Shown here piece by piece: positions 12,601-27,000 of a stretch of 64,000 bases of DNA. The notes beneath the pieces are model-generated. The model saw nothing but the letters and a program-made list of their open reading frames with translations, was not told the DNA's origin and made no database searches. The stretch comes from Eledone cirrhosa (Eukaryota). Numbering within the stretch: position 1 is the stretch's first letter; the number at the start of each line of letters is the position of its first letter. The translations under genes were made by a program, and so were the position numbers. The stretch spans positions 342,364,001-342,428,000 of the forward strand of contig OZ024742.1 in the NCBI GenBank assembly GCA_964016885.1, in the 5' to 3' direction.

Positions 12601-15600
12601 TCCAGTGGTATGAAGTATGTGATCTCCAGTGGTATGAAGTATGTGATCTACAGTGGTATGAAGTATGTGATATCCGGTGGTATGAAGTATGTGATCTCCA
12701 GTGGTATGAAGTATGTCAGCTTCAGTGGTCTGAAGTATGTGATCTACAGTGGTATGAAGTATGTGATATCCTGTGGTATGAAGTATGTGATGTCCAGTGG
12801 TATGAAGTATGTGATCTCCAGTGGTATGAAGTATGTCAGCTCCAGTGGTATGAAGTATGTCAGCTCCAGTGGTATGAAGTATGTCAGCTCCAGTGGTATG
12901 AAGTATGTCAGCTCCTGTGGTATGAAGTTTGTGATCTCCAGTGGTATGAAGTATGTCAGCTCCAGTGGTATGAAGTATGTTAGCTCCAGTTGTATGAAGT
13001 ATGTGATCTACAGTGGTATGAAGTATGTGATCTCCAGTGGTATGAAGTATGTGATCTACAGTGGTATGAAGTATGTGATCTACAGTGGTATGAAGTATGT
13101 CAGCTCCAGTGGTATGAAGTATGTGATCTCCAGTGGTATGAAGTATGTGATCTACAGTGGTATGAAGTATGTGATCTACAGTGGTATGAAGTATGTGATC
13201 TACAGTGGTATGAAGTATGTCAGCTCCAGTGGTATGAAGTATGTGATCTCCAGTGGTATGAAGTATGTGATCTACAGTGGTATGAAGTATGTGATCTACA
13301 GTGGTATGAAGTATGTCATATCCTGTGGTATGAAGTATGTGATCTACAGTGGTATGAAGTATGTGATATCCTGTGGTATGAAGTATGTGATCTACAGTGG
13401 TATGAAGTATGTCAGCTCCAGTGGTATGAAGTATGCGATCTACAGTGGTATGAAGTATGTCAGCTCCAGTGGTATGAAGTATGTGATATCCTGTGGTAAG
13501 AAGTATGTGATCTACAGTGGTATGAAGTATGTCAGCTCCAGTGGTATGAAGTATGTGATCTCCAGTGGTATGAAGTATGTGATCTCCTGTGGTATGAAGT
13601 ATGTGATCTACAGTGGTATGAAGTATGTGATCTACAGTGGTATGAAGTATGTGATATCCTGTGGTATGAAGTATGTGATCTACAGTGGTATGAAGTATGT
13701 CAGCTCCAGTGGTATGAAGTATGTGATCTCCAGTGGTATGAACTATGTGATCTACAGTGGTATGAAGTATGTGATCTCCTGTGGTATGAAGTATGTGATC
13801 TACAGTGGTATGAAGTATGTGATCTACAGTGGTATGACGTATGTGATATCCTGTGGTATGAATTATGTGATCTCCAGTGGTATGAAGTATGTGATCTCCA
13901 GTGGTATGAAGTATGTGATATCCTGTGGTATGAAGTATGTGATCTACAGTGGTATGAAGAATGTGATCTACAGTGGTATGAAGTATGTGATCTCCAGTGG
14001 TATGATGTATGTGATCTCCTGTGGTATGAAGTATGTGATCTACAATGGTATGAATTATGTGATCTCCAGTGGTATGAAGTATGTGATCTCCTGTGGTATG
14101 AAGTATGTGGTCTACAGTGGTATGAAGTATGTCAGCTCCAGTGGTATGAAGTATGTGATCTACAGTGGTATGAAGTATGTGATATCCTGTGGTATGATGT
14201 ATGTGATATCCTGTGGTATGAAGTATGTGATCTATAGTGGTATGAAGTATGTGATCTACAGTGGTATGAAGTATGTGATCTCCAGTGGTATGAAGTATGT
14301 GATCTCCAGTGGTATGAAGTATGTGATCTCCATTGGTATGAAGTATGTGATCTACAGTGGTATGAAGTATGTGATCCACAGTGGTATGAAGTATGTGATC
14401 TCCTGTGGTATGAAGTATGTGATCTCCAGTGGTATGAAGTATGTGATCTACAGTGGTATGAAGTATGTGATCTACAGTGGTATGAAGTATGTGATCTACA
14501 GTGGTATGAAGTATGTCAGCTCCAGTGGTATGAAGTATGTGATCTCCAGTGGTATGAAGTATGTGATCTACAGTGGTATGAAGTATGTGATCTACAGTGG
14601 TATGAAGTATGTGATCTCCAGTGGTATGAAGTATGTGATCTACAGTGGTACGAAGTATGTGATCTACAGTGGTATGAAGTATGTGATCTCCAGTCGTATG
14701 AAGTATGTGATCTACAGTGGTATGAAGTATGTGATCTACAGTGGTATGAAGTATGTGATCTACATTGATATGAAGTATGTGATCTACAGTGGTATGAAGT
14801 ATGTGATCTACAGTGGTATGAAGTATGTGATATTCTGTGGTATGAAGTATGTGATCTACAGTGGTATGAAGTATGTGATCTCCAGTGGTATGAAGTATGT
14901 GATCTCCAGTGGTATGAAGTATGTCAGCTCCAGTGGTATGAAGTATGTGATCTCCAGTGGTATGAAGTATGTGATCTACAGTGGTATGAAGTATGTGATC
15001 TACAGTGGTATGAAGTATGTGATATCCAGTGGTATGAAGTATGTGATCTACAGTGGTATGAAGTATGTGATCTCCAGTGGTATGAAAGTATGTGATCTCC
15101 AGTGGTATGAAGTATGTGATCTACAGTGGTATGAAGTATGTGATCTACAGTGATATGAAGTATGTGATCTACAGTGGTATGAAGTATGTGATATCCTGTG
15201 GTATGAAGTATGTGATCTCCATTGGTATGAAGTATGTGATCTCCAGTGGTATGAAGTATGTGATCTCCAGTGGTATGAAGTATGTGATCTCCAGTGGTAT
15301 GAAGTATGTGATCGACAGTGGTATGAAGTATGTGATCTACAGTGGTATGAAGTATGTGACATCCTGTGGTATGAAGTATATGATCTCCATTGGTATGAAA
15401 TATGTGATCTCCAGTGGTATGAAGTATGTGATCTACAGTGGTATGAAGTATGTGATCTACAGTGATATGAAGTATGTGATCTACAGTGGTATGAAGTATG
15501 TGATATCCTGTGGTATGAAGTATGTGATCTCCATTGGTATGAAGTATGTGATCTCCAGTGGTATGAAGTATGTGATCTCCAGTGGTATGAAGTATGTGAT

Positions 15601-18344
15601 CTCCAGTGGTATGAAGTATGTGATCTCCAGTGGTATGAAGTATGTGATCTACAGTGGTATGAAGTATGTGATCTCCAGTGGTATGATGTATGTGATCTAC
15701 AGTGGTATGAAGTATGTGATCTATAGTGGTATGATGTATGTGATCTCCAGTGGTATGAAGTATGTGATCTCCATTGGTATGAAGTATGTGATCTCCAGTG
15801 GTATGAATTATGTGATCTACAGTGGTATGAAGTATGTGATCTCCAGTGGTATGAAGTATGTGATCTACAGTGGTATGAAGTATGTGATCTACAGTGGTAT
15901 GAAGTATGTGATCTACAGTGGTATGAAGTATGTGATCTCCAGTGGTATGAAGTATGTGATCTCCAGTGGTATGAAGTATGTGATCTCCAGTGGTATGAAG
16001 TATGTGATCTCCTGTGGTATGAAGTATGTGATCTACAGTGGTATGAAGTTTGTGATCTCCAGTGGTATGAAGTATGTGATCTACAGTGGTATGAAGTATG
16101 TGATCTCCTGTGGTATGAAGTATGTGATCTCCAGTGGTATGAAGTATGTGATCTCCAGTGGTATGAAGTATGTTACCTCCAGTGGTATGAAGTATGTAAT
16201 CTCCTGTGGTATGAAGTATGTGATCTACAGTGGTATGAAGTATGTGATCTCCAGTGGTATGAAGTATTTGAACTCCAGTGGTATGAAGTATGTGATCTAC
16301 AGTGGTATGAAGTATGTGATCTCCAGTGGTATGAAGTATGTGATCTCCAGTGGTGTGAAGTATGTGATCTCCTGTGGTATGAAGTATGTGATATACAGTG
16401 GTATGAAGTATGTGATCTCCTGTGGTATGAAGTATGTGATCTCCTGTGGTATGAAGTATGTCATCTCCAGTCGTATGAAGTATGTGATCTACAGTGGTAT
16501 GAAGTATGTGATCTACAGTGGTATGAAGTATGTGATCTACAGTGGTATGAAGTATGTCAGCTCCAGTGGTATGAACTATGTGATCTCCAGTGGTATGAAG
16601 TATGTGATCTACAGTGGTATGAAGTATGTGATCTCCAGTGGTATGAAGTATGTGATCTACAGTGGTATGAAGTATGTGATCTACAGTGGTATGAAGTATG
16701 TGATCTCCAGTTGTATGAAGTATGTGATCTACAGTGGTATGAAGTATGTGATCTACAGTGGTATGAAGTATGTGATCTACATTGATATGAAGTATGTGAT
16801 TTCCAGTGGTATGAAGTATGTGATCTACAGTGGTATGAAGTATGTGATATCCTGTGGTATGAAGTATGTGATCTACAGTGGTATGAAGTAAGTGATCTCC
16901 AGTGGTATGAAGTATGTGATCTCCAGTGGTATGAAGTATGTCAGCTCCAGTGGTATGAAGTATGTGATCTCCAGTGGTATGAAGTATGTGATCTACAGTG
17001 ATATGAAGTATGTGATCTACAGTGGTATGAAGTATGTGATCTACAGTGGAATGAAGTATGTGATCTCCTGTGGTATGAAGTATGTGATCTCCAGTGGTAT
17101 GATGTATGTGATCTACAGTGGTATGAGGTATGTGATCTACAGTGGTATGAAGTATGTGATCTCCTGTGATATGAAGTATGTGATCTACAGTGGTATGAAG
17201 TATGTGATCTACAGTGGTATGAAGTATGTGATCTCCAGTGGTATGAAGTATGTGATCTCCAGTGGTATGAAGTATGTGATCTCCAGTGGTATGAAGTATG
17301 TGATCTCCAGTGGTATGAAGTATGTGATCTACAGTGGTATGAAGTATGTGATCTACAGTGGTATGAAGTATGTGATATCCTGTGGTATGAAGTATGTGAT
17401 CTCCATTGGTATGAAGTATGTGATCTCCAGTGGTATGAAGTATGTGATCTCCGGTGGTATGAAGTATGTGATCTCCAGTGGTATGAAGTATGTGATCGAC
17501 AGTGGTATGAAGTATGTGATCTACAGTGGTATGAAGTATGTGACATCCTGTGGTATGAAGTATATGATCTCCATTGGTATGAAATATGTGATCTCCAGTG
17601 GTATGAAGTATGTGATCTCCAGTGGTATGAAGCATGTGATCTCCAGTGGTATGAAGTATGTGATTTACAGTGGTATGAAGTATGTGATATCCTGTGGCAT
17701 GAAGTATGTGATCTACAGTGGTATGAAGTATGTGATCTACAGTGGTATGAAGTATGTGATCTCCTGTGGTATGAAGTATGTGATCTCCAGTGGTATGAAG
17801 TATGTCATCTACAGTGATATGAGGTATGTGATCTACAGTGGTATGAAGTATGTGATCTCCTGTGATATGAAGTATGTGATCTACAGTGGTATGAAGTATG
17901 TGATCTACAGTGGTATGAAGTATGTGATCTCCAGTGGTATGAAGTATGTGATCTACAGTGGTATGAAGTATGTGATCTATAGTGGTATGATGTATGTGAT
18001 CTCCAGTGGTATGAAGTATGTGATCTCCATTGGTATGAAGTATGTGATCTCCAGTGGTATGAAGTATGTGATCTACAGTGGTATGAAGTATGTGATCTCC
18101 AGTGGTATGAAGTATGTGATCTACAGTGGTATGAAGTATGTGATCTCCAGTGGTATGAAGTATGTGATCTCCAGTGGTATGAAGTATGTGATCTCCTGTG
18201 GTATGAAGTATGTGATCTACAGTGGTATGAAGTTTGTGATCTCCAGTGGTATGAAGTATGTGATCTACGGTGGTATGAAGTATGTGATATCCTGTGGTAT
18301 GAAGTGTGTGATCTACAATGGTATGAAGTATGTGATCTCCTGTG

Positions 18345-21300
18345 GTATGAAGTATGTGATCTCCAGTGGTATGAAGTATGTGATCTACAGTGGTATGAAA
18401 TATGTCAGCTCCAGTGGTATGAAGTATGTGATCTACAGTGGTATGAAGTATGTGATCTACAGTGGTATGAAGTATGTGATATCCTGTGGTATGAAGTATG
18501 TGATGTCCAGTGGTATGAAGTATGTGATCTCCAGTGGTATGAAGTATGTCAGCTCCAGTGGTATGAAGTATGTCAGCTCCAGTGGTATGAAGTATGTCAG
18601 CTCCTGTGGTATGAAGTATGTGATCTCCAGTGATATGAAGTATGTGATCTCCAGTGGTATGAAGTATGTGATCTCCAGTGGTATGAATATGTGATCTACA
18701 GTGGTATGAAGTATGTGATATCCGGTGGTATGAAGTATGTGATCTCCAGTGGTATGAAGTATGTCAGCTTCAGTGGTATGAAGTATGTTAGCTCCAGTGG
18801 TATGAAGTATGTGATATCCTGTCGTATGAAGTATGTGATCTCCAGTGGTATGAAGTATGTGATCTACAGTGGTATGAAGTATGTGATCTACAGTTGTATG
18901 AAGTATGTCAGCTCCAGTGGTATGAAGTATGTGATCTCCAGTGGTATGAAGTATGTGATCTACAGTGGTATGAAGTATGTGATCTACAGTGGTATGAAGT
19001 ATGTGATCTACAGTGGTATGAAGTATGTCAGCTCCAGTGGTATGAAGTATGTGATCTCCAGTGGTATGAAGTATGTGATCTACAGTGGTATGAAGTATGT
19101 GATCTACAGTGGTATGAAGTATGTCATATCCTGTGGTATGAAGTATGTGATCTACAGTGGTATGAAGTATGTGATATCCTGTGGTATTAAGTATGTGATC
19201 TCCAGTGGTATAAAGTATGTGATATCCTGTGGTATGAAGTATGTGATATCCAGTGGTATGGTATGTGATCTACAGTGGTATGAAGTATGTGATCTCCAGT
19301 GGTATGAAGTATGTGATCTACAGTGGTATGAAATATGTGATATGCAGTGGTATGAAGTATGTCAGCTCCAGTGGTATGAAGTATGCGATCTACAGTGGTA
19401 TGAAGTATGTCAGCTCCAGTGGTATGAAGTATGTGATATCCTGTGGTATGAAGTATGTGATCTACAGTGGTATGAAGTATGTCAGCTCCAGTGGTATGAA
19501 GTATGTGATCTCCAGTGGTATGAAGTATGTGATCTCCTGTGGTATGAAGTATGTGATCTAGAGTGGTATGAAGTATGTGATCTACAGTGGTATGAAGTAT
19601 GTGATATCCTGTGGTATGAAGTATGTGATCTACAGTGGTATGAAGTATGTCAGCTCCAGTGGTATGAAGTATGTGATCTCCAGTGGTATGAACTATGTGA
19701 TCTACAGTGGTATGAAGTATGTGATCTCCTGTGGTATGAAGTATGTGATCTACAGTGGTATGAAGTATGTGATCTACAGTGGTATGAAGTATGTGATATC
19801 CTGTGGTATGAATTATGTGATCTCCAGTGGTATGAAGTATGTGATCTCCAGTGGTATGAAGTATGTGATATCCTGTGGTATGAAGTATGTGATCTACAGT
19901 GGTATGAAGTATGTGATCTACAGTGTTATGAAGTATGTGATCTACAGTGGTATGAAGTATGTGATCTCCAGTCGTATGATGTATGTGATCTCCTGTGGTA
20001 TGAAGTATGTGATCTCCAGTGGTATGAAGTATGTGATCTCCTGTGGTATGAAGTATGTGGTCTACAGTGGTATGAAGTATGTCAGCTCCAGTGGTATGAA
20101 GTATGTGATCTACAGTGGTATGAAGTATGTGATATCCTGTGGTATGATGTATGTGATATCCTGTGGTATGAAGTATGTGATCTACAGTGGTATGAAGTAT
20201 GTGATCTACAGTGGTATGAAGTATGTGATCTCCAGTGGTATGAAGTATGTGATCTCCAGTGGTATGAAGTATGTGATCTACAGTGGTATGAAATATGTCA
20301 GCTCCAGTGGTATGAAGTATGTGATCTACAGTGGTATGAAGTATGTGATCTACAGTGGTATGAAGTATGTGATATCCTGTGGTATGAAGTATGTGATGTC
20401 CAGTGGTATGAAGTATGTGATCTCCAGTGGTATGAAGTATGTCAGCTCCAGTGGTATGAAGTATGTCAGCTCCAGTGGTATGAAGTATGTCAGCTCCTGT
20501 GGTATGAAGTATGTGATCTCCAGTGATATGAAGTATGTGATCTCCAGTGGTATGAAGTATGTGATCTCCAGTGGTATGAATATGTGATCTACAGTGGTAT
20601 GAAGTATGTGATATCCGGTGGTATGAAGTATGTGATCTCCAGTGGTATGAAGTATGTCAGCTTCAGTGGTATGAAGTATGTTAGCTCCAGTGGTATGAAG
20701 TATGTGATATCCTGTCGTATGAAGTATGTGATCTCCAGTGGTATGAAGTATGTGATCTACAGTGGTATGAAGTATGTGATCTACAGTTGTATGAAGTATG
20801 TCAGCTCCAGTGGTATGAAGTATGTGATCTCCAGTGGTATGAAGTATGTGATCTACAGTGGTATGAAGTATGTGATCTACAGTGGTATGAAGTATGTGAT
20901 CTACAGTGGTATGAAGTATGTCAGCTCCAGTGGTATGAAGTATGTGATCTCCAGTGGTATGAAGTATGTGATCTACAGTGGTATGAAGTATGTGATCTAC
21001 AGTGGTATGAAGTATGTCATATCCTGTGGTATGAAGTATGTGATCTACAGTGGTATGAAGTATGTGATATCCTGTGGTATTAAGTATGTGATCTCCAGTG
21101 GTATAAAGTATGTGATATCCTGTGGTATGAAGTATGTGATATCCAGTGGTATGGTATGTGATCTACAGTGGTATGAAGTATGTGATCTCCAGTGGTATGA
21201 AGTATGTGATCTACAGTGGTATGAAATATGTGATATGCAGTGGTATGAAGTATGTCAGCTCCAGTGGTATGAAGTATGCGATCTACAGTGGTATGAAGTA

Positions 21301-22170
21301 TGTCAGCTCCAGTGGTATGAAGTATGTGATATCCTGTGGTATGAAGTATGTGATCTACAGTGGTATGAAGTATGTCAGCTCCAGTGGTATGAAGTATGTG
21401 ATCTCCAGTGGTATGAAGTATGTGATCTCCTGTGGTATGAAGTATGTGATCTAGAGTGGTATGAAGTATGTGATCTACAGTGGTATGAAGTATGTGATAT
21501 CCTGTGGTATGAAGTATGTGATCTACAGTGGTATGAAGTATGTCAGCTCCAGTGGTATGAAGTATGTGATCTCCAGTGGTATGAACTATGTGATCTACAG
21601 TGGTATGAAGTATGTGATCTCCTGTGGTATGAAGTATGTGATCTACAGTGGTATGAAGTATGTGATCTACAGTGGTATGAAGTATGTGATATCCTGTGGT
21701 ATGAATTATGTGATCTCCAGTGGTATGAAGTATGTGATCTCCAGTGGTATGAAGTATGTGATATCCTGTGGTATGAAGTATGTGATCTACAGTGGTATGA
21801 AGTATGTGATCTACAGTGTTATGAAGTATGTGATCTACAGTGGTATGAAGTATGTGATCTCCAGTCGTATGATGTATGTGATCTCCTGTGGTATGAAGTA
21901 TGTGATCTCCAGTGGTATGAAGTATGTGATCTCCTGTGGTATGAAGTATGTGGTCTACAGTGGTATGAAGTATGTCAGCTCCAGTGGTATGAAGTATGTG
22001 ATCTACAGTGGTATGAAGTATGTGATATCCTGTGGTATGATGTATGTGATATCCTGTGGTATGAAGAATGTGATCTACAGTGGTATGAAGTATGTGATCT
22101 ACAGTGGTATGAAGTATGTGATCTCCAGTGGTATGAAGTATGTGATCTCCAGTGGTATGAAGTATGTGAT
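18345..22170 (+). repeat. Tandem higher-order duplication, period 1893 bp (79 monomers - 3 bp), 2 copies
   Basis: ORF pairs 18691/20584, 18894/20787, 19253/21146 and 19568/21461 are all 1893 apart. Both copies carry the -G (ATGAATATG) and -AA (ATGGTATG) deletions. Confidence 0.95.
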
Positions 22171-24084
22171 CTCCATTGGTATGAAGTATGTGATCTACAG
22201 TGGTATGAAGTATGTGATCTACAGTGGTATGAAGTATGTGATCTCCTGTGGTATGAAGTATGTAATCTCCAGTGGTATGAAGTATGTGATCTACAGTGGT
22301 ATGAAGTATGTGATCTACACTGGTATGAAGTATGTGATCTACAGTGGTATGAAGTATGTCAGCTCCAGTGGTATGAAGTATGTGATCTCCAGTGGTATGA
22401 AGTATGTGATCTACAGTGGTATGAAGTATGTGATCTACAGTGGTATGAAGTATGTGATCTCCAGTGGTATGAAGTATGTGATCTACAGTGGTATGAAGTA
22501 TGTGATCTACAGTGGTATGAAGTATGTGATCTCCAGTTGTATGAAGTATGTGATCTACAGTGGTATGAAGTATGTGATCTACAGTGGTATGAAGTATGTG
22601 ATCTACATTGATATGAAGTATGTGATCTCCAGTGGTATGAAGTATGTGATCTACAGTGGTATGAAGTATGTGATATCCTGTGGTATGAAGTATGTGATCT
22701 ACAGTGGTATGAAGTATGTGATCTCCAGTGGTATGAAGTATGTGATCTCCAGTGGTATGAAGTATGTCAGCTCCAGTGGTATGAAGTATGTGATCTCCAG
22801 TGGTATGAAGTATGTGATCTACAGTGGTATGAAGTATGTGATCTACAGTGGTATGAAGTATGTGATATCCAGTGGTATGAAGTATGTGATCTACAGTGGT
22901 ATGAAGTATGTGATCTCCAGTGGTATGAAAGTATGTGATCTCCAGTGGTATGAAGTATGTGATCTACAGTGGTATGAAGTATGTGATCTACAGTGATATG
23001 AAGTATGTGATCTACAGTGGTATGAAGTATGTGATATCCTGTGGTATGAAGTATGTGATCTCCATTGGTATGAAGTATGTGATCTCCAGTGGTATGAAGT
23101 ATGTGATCTCCAGTGGTATGAAGTATGTGATCTCCAGTGGTATGAAGTATGTGATCTACAGTGGTATGAAGTATGTGATCTACAGTGGTATGAAGTATGT
23201 GATATCCTGTGGTATGAAGTATGTGATCTCCATTGGTATGAAGTATGTGATCTCCAGTGGTATGAAGTATGTGATCTCCAGTGGTATGAAGTATGTGATC
23301 TCCAGTGGTATGAAGTATGTGATCGACAGTGGTATGAAGTATGTGATCTACAGTGGTATGAAGTATGTGACATCCTGTGGTATGAAGTATATGATCTACA
23401 TTGGTATGAAATATGTGATCTCCAGTGGTATGAAGTATGTGATCTCCAGTGGTATGAAGTATGTGATCTACAGTGGTATGAAGTATGTGATATCCTGTGG
23501 TATGAAGTATGTGATCTACAGTGGTATGAAGTATGTGATCTCCAGTGGTTTGAAGTATGTGATCTACAGTGATATGAGGTATGTGATCTACAGTGGTATG
23601 AAGTATGTGATCTCCTGTGATATGAAGTATGTGATCTACAGTGGTATGAAGTATGTGATCTCCAGTTGTATGAAGTATGTGATCTACAGTGGTATGAAGT
23701 ATGTGATCTACAGTGGTATGAAGTATGTGATCTACATTGATATGAAGTATGTGATTTCCAGTGGTATGAAGTATGTGACCTACAGTGGTATGAAGTATGT
23801 GATATCCTGTGGTATGAAGTATGCGATCTACAGTGGTATGAAGTATGTGATCTACAGTGGTATGAAGTATGTCAGCTCCAGTGGTATGAAGTATGTGATC
23901 TCCAGTGGTATGAAGTATGTGATCTCCAGTGGTATGAAGTATGTGATCTACAGTGGTATGAAGTATGTGATCTACAGTGGTATGAAGTATGTGATATCCA
24001 GTGGTATGAAGTATGTGATCTACAGTGGTATGAAGTATGTGATCTCCAGTGGTATGAAAGTATGTGATCTCCAGTGGTATGAAG

Positions 24085-27000
24085 TATGTGATCTACAGTG
24101 GTATGAAGTATGTGATCTACAGTGATATGAAGTATGTGATCTACAGTGGTATGAAGTATGTGATATCCTGTGGTATGAAGTATGTGATCTCCATTGGTAT
24201 GAAGTATGTGATCTCCAGTGGTATGAAGTATGTCATCTCCAGTGGTATGAAGTATGTGATCTCCAGTGGTATGAAGTATGTGATCTACAGTGGTATGAAG
24301 TATGTGATCTACAGTGGTATGAAGTATGTGATATCCTGTGGTATGAAGTATGTGATCTCCATTGGTATGAAGTATGTGATCTCCAGTGGTATGAAGTATG
24401 TGATCTCCAGTGGTATGAAGTATGTGATCGACAGTGGTATGAAGTATGTGATCTACAGTGGTATGAAGTATGTGACATCCTGTGGTATGAAGTATATGAT
24501 CTCCATTGGTATGAAATATGTGATCTCCAGTGGTATGAAGTATGTGATCTCCAGTGGTATGAAATATGTGATCTCCAGTGGTATGAAGTATGTGATCTAC
24601 AGTGGTATGAAGTATGTGATATCCTGTGGTATGAAGTATGTGATCTACAGTGGTATCAAGTATGTGATCTACAGTGGAATGAAGTATGTGATCTCCTGTG
24701 GTATGAAGTATGTGATCTCCAGTGGTATGATGTATGTGATCTACAGTGGTATGAGGTATGTGATCTACAGTGGTATGAAGTATGTGATCTCCTGTGATAT
24801 GAAGTATGTGATCTACAGTGGTATGAAGTATGTGATCTACAGTGGTATGAAGTATGTGATCTCCAGTGGTATGAAGTATGTGATCTACAGTGGTATGAAG
24901 TATGTGATCTATAGTGGTATGATGTATGTGATCTCCAGTGGTATGAAGTATGTGATCTCCATTGGTATGAAGTATGTGATCTCCAGTGGTATGAAGTATG
25001 TGATCTACAGTGGTATGAAGTATGTGATCTCCAGTGGTATGAAGTATGTGATCTACAGTGGTATGAAGTATGTGATCTACAGTGGTATGAAGTATGTGAT
25101 CTCCAGTGGTATGAAGTATGTGATCTCCAGTGGTATGAAGTATGTGATCTCCAGTGGTATGAAGTATGTGATCTCCTGTGGTATGAAGTATGTGATCTAC
25201 AGTGGTATGAAGTTTGTGATCTCCAGTGGTATGAAGTATGTGATCTACAGTGGTATGAAGTATGTGATATCCTGTGGTATGAAGTGTGTGATCTACAATG
25301 GTATGAAGTATGTGATCTCCTGTGGTATGAAGTATGTGATCTACAGTGGTATGAAGTATGTGATCTCCAGTGGTATGAAGTATGTGATCTCCAGTGGTAT
25401 GAAGTATGTAATCTCCAGTGGTATGAAGTATGTGATATCCTGTGGTATGAGGTATGTGATCTACAGTGGTATGAAGTATGTGATCTCCAGTGGTATGAAG
25501 TATGTGATCTACAGTGGTATGAAGTATGTGATCTCCAGTGGTATGAAGTATGTGATCTCCAGTGGTATGAAGTCTGTGATCTCCAGTGGTATGAAGTATG
25601 TGATCTTCAGTGGTATGAAGTATGTGATCTACAGTGGTATGAAGTATGTGATCTACAGTGGTATGAAGTGTGTGATCTACAGTGGTATACAGTATGTGAT
25701 CTACAGTGGTATGAAGTATGTGATCTACAGTGGTATGATGTATGTGATCTCCAGTGGTATGAAGTATGTGATCTACAGTGGTATGAAGTATGTGATCTAT
25801 AGTGGTATGATGTATGTGATCTCCAGTGGTATGAAGTATGTGATCTCCATTGGTATGAAGTATGTGATCTCCAGTGGTATGAAGTATGTGATCTACAGTG
25901 GTATGAAGTATGTGATCTCCAGTGGTATGAAGTATGTGATCTACAGTGGTATGAAGTATGTGATCTACAGTGGTATGAAGTATGTGATCTACAGTGGTAT
26001 GAAGTATGTGATCTCCAGTGGTATGAAGTATGTGATCTCCAGTGGTATGAAGTGGGTGATCTACAGTGGTATGAAGTATGTGATCTACAGTGGTATGAAG
26101 TATGTGATCTACAGTGGTATGAAGTATGTGATCTACAGTGGTATGAATTATGTGATCTCCAGTGGTATGAAATATGTCAGCTCCAGTGGTATGAAGTATG
26201 TGATCTACAGTGGTATGAAGTATGTGATCTCCAGTGGTATGAAGTATGTGATCTACAGTGGTATGAAGTATGTGATCTACAGTGGTATGAAGTATGTGAT
26301 CTCCAGTGGTATGAAGTACGTGATCTCCAGTGGTATGAAGTATGTGATATCCTCTGGTATGAAGTATGTGATCTCCTGTGGTATGAGGTATGTGATCTCC
26401 AGTGGTATGAAGTATGTGATCTCCAGTGGTATGAAGTATGTGATCTACTGTGGTATGAAGTATGTGATCTCCAGTGGTATGAAGTATGTGATCTCCAGTG
26501 GTATGAAGTATGTGATCTCCAGTGGTATGAAGTATGTGATCTTCAGTGGTATGAAGTATGTGATCTACAGTGGTATGAAGTATGTGATCTACAGTGATAT
26601 GAAGTATGTGATCTACAGTGGTATGAAGTATGTGATATCCTGTGGTATGAAGTATGTGATCTCCATTGGTATGAAGTATGTGATCTCCAGTGGTATGAAG
26701 TATGTCATCTCCAGTGGTATGAAGTATGTGATCTCCAGTGGTATGAAGTATGTGATCTACAGTGGTATGAAGTATGTGATCTACAGTGGTATGAAGTATG
26801 TGATATCCTGTGGTATGAAGTATGTGATCTCCATTGGTATGAAGTATGTGATCTCCAGTGGTATGAAGTATGTGATCTCCAGTGGTATGAAGTATGTGAT
26901 CGACAGTGGTATGAAGTATGTGATCTACAGTGGTATGAAGTATGTGACATCCTGTGGTATGAAGTATATGATCTCCATTGGTATGAAATATGTGATCTCC

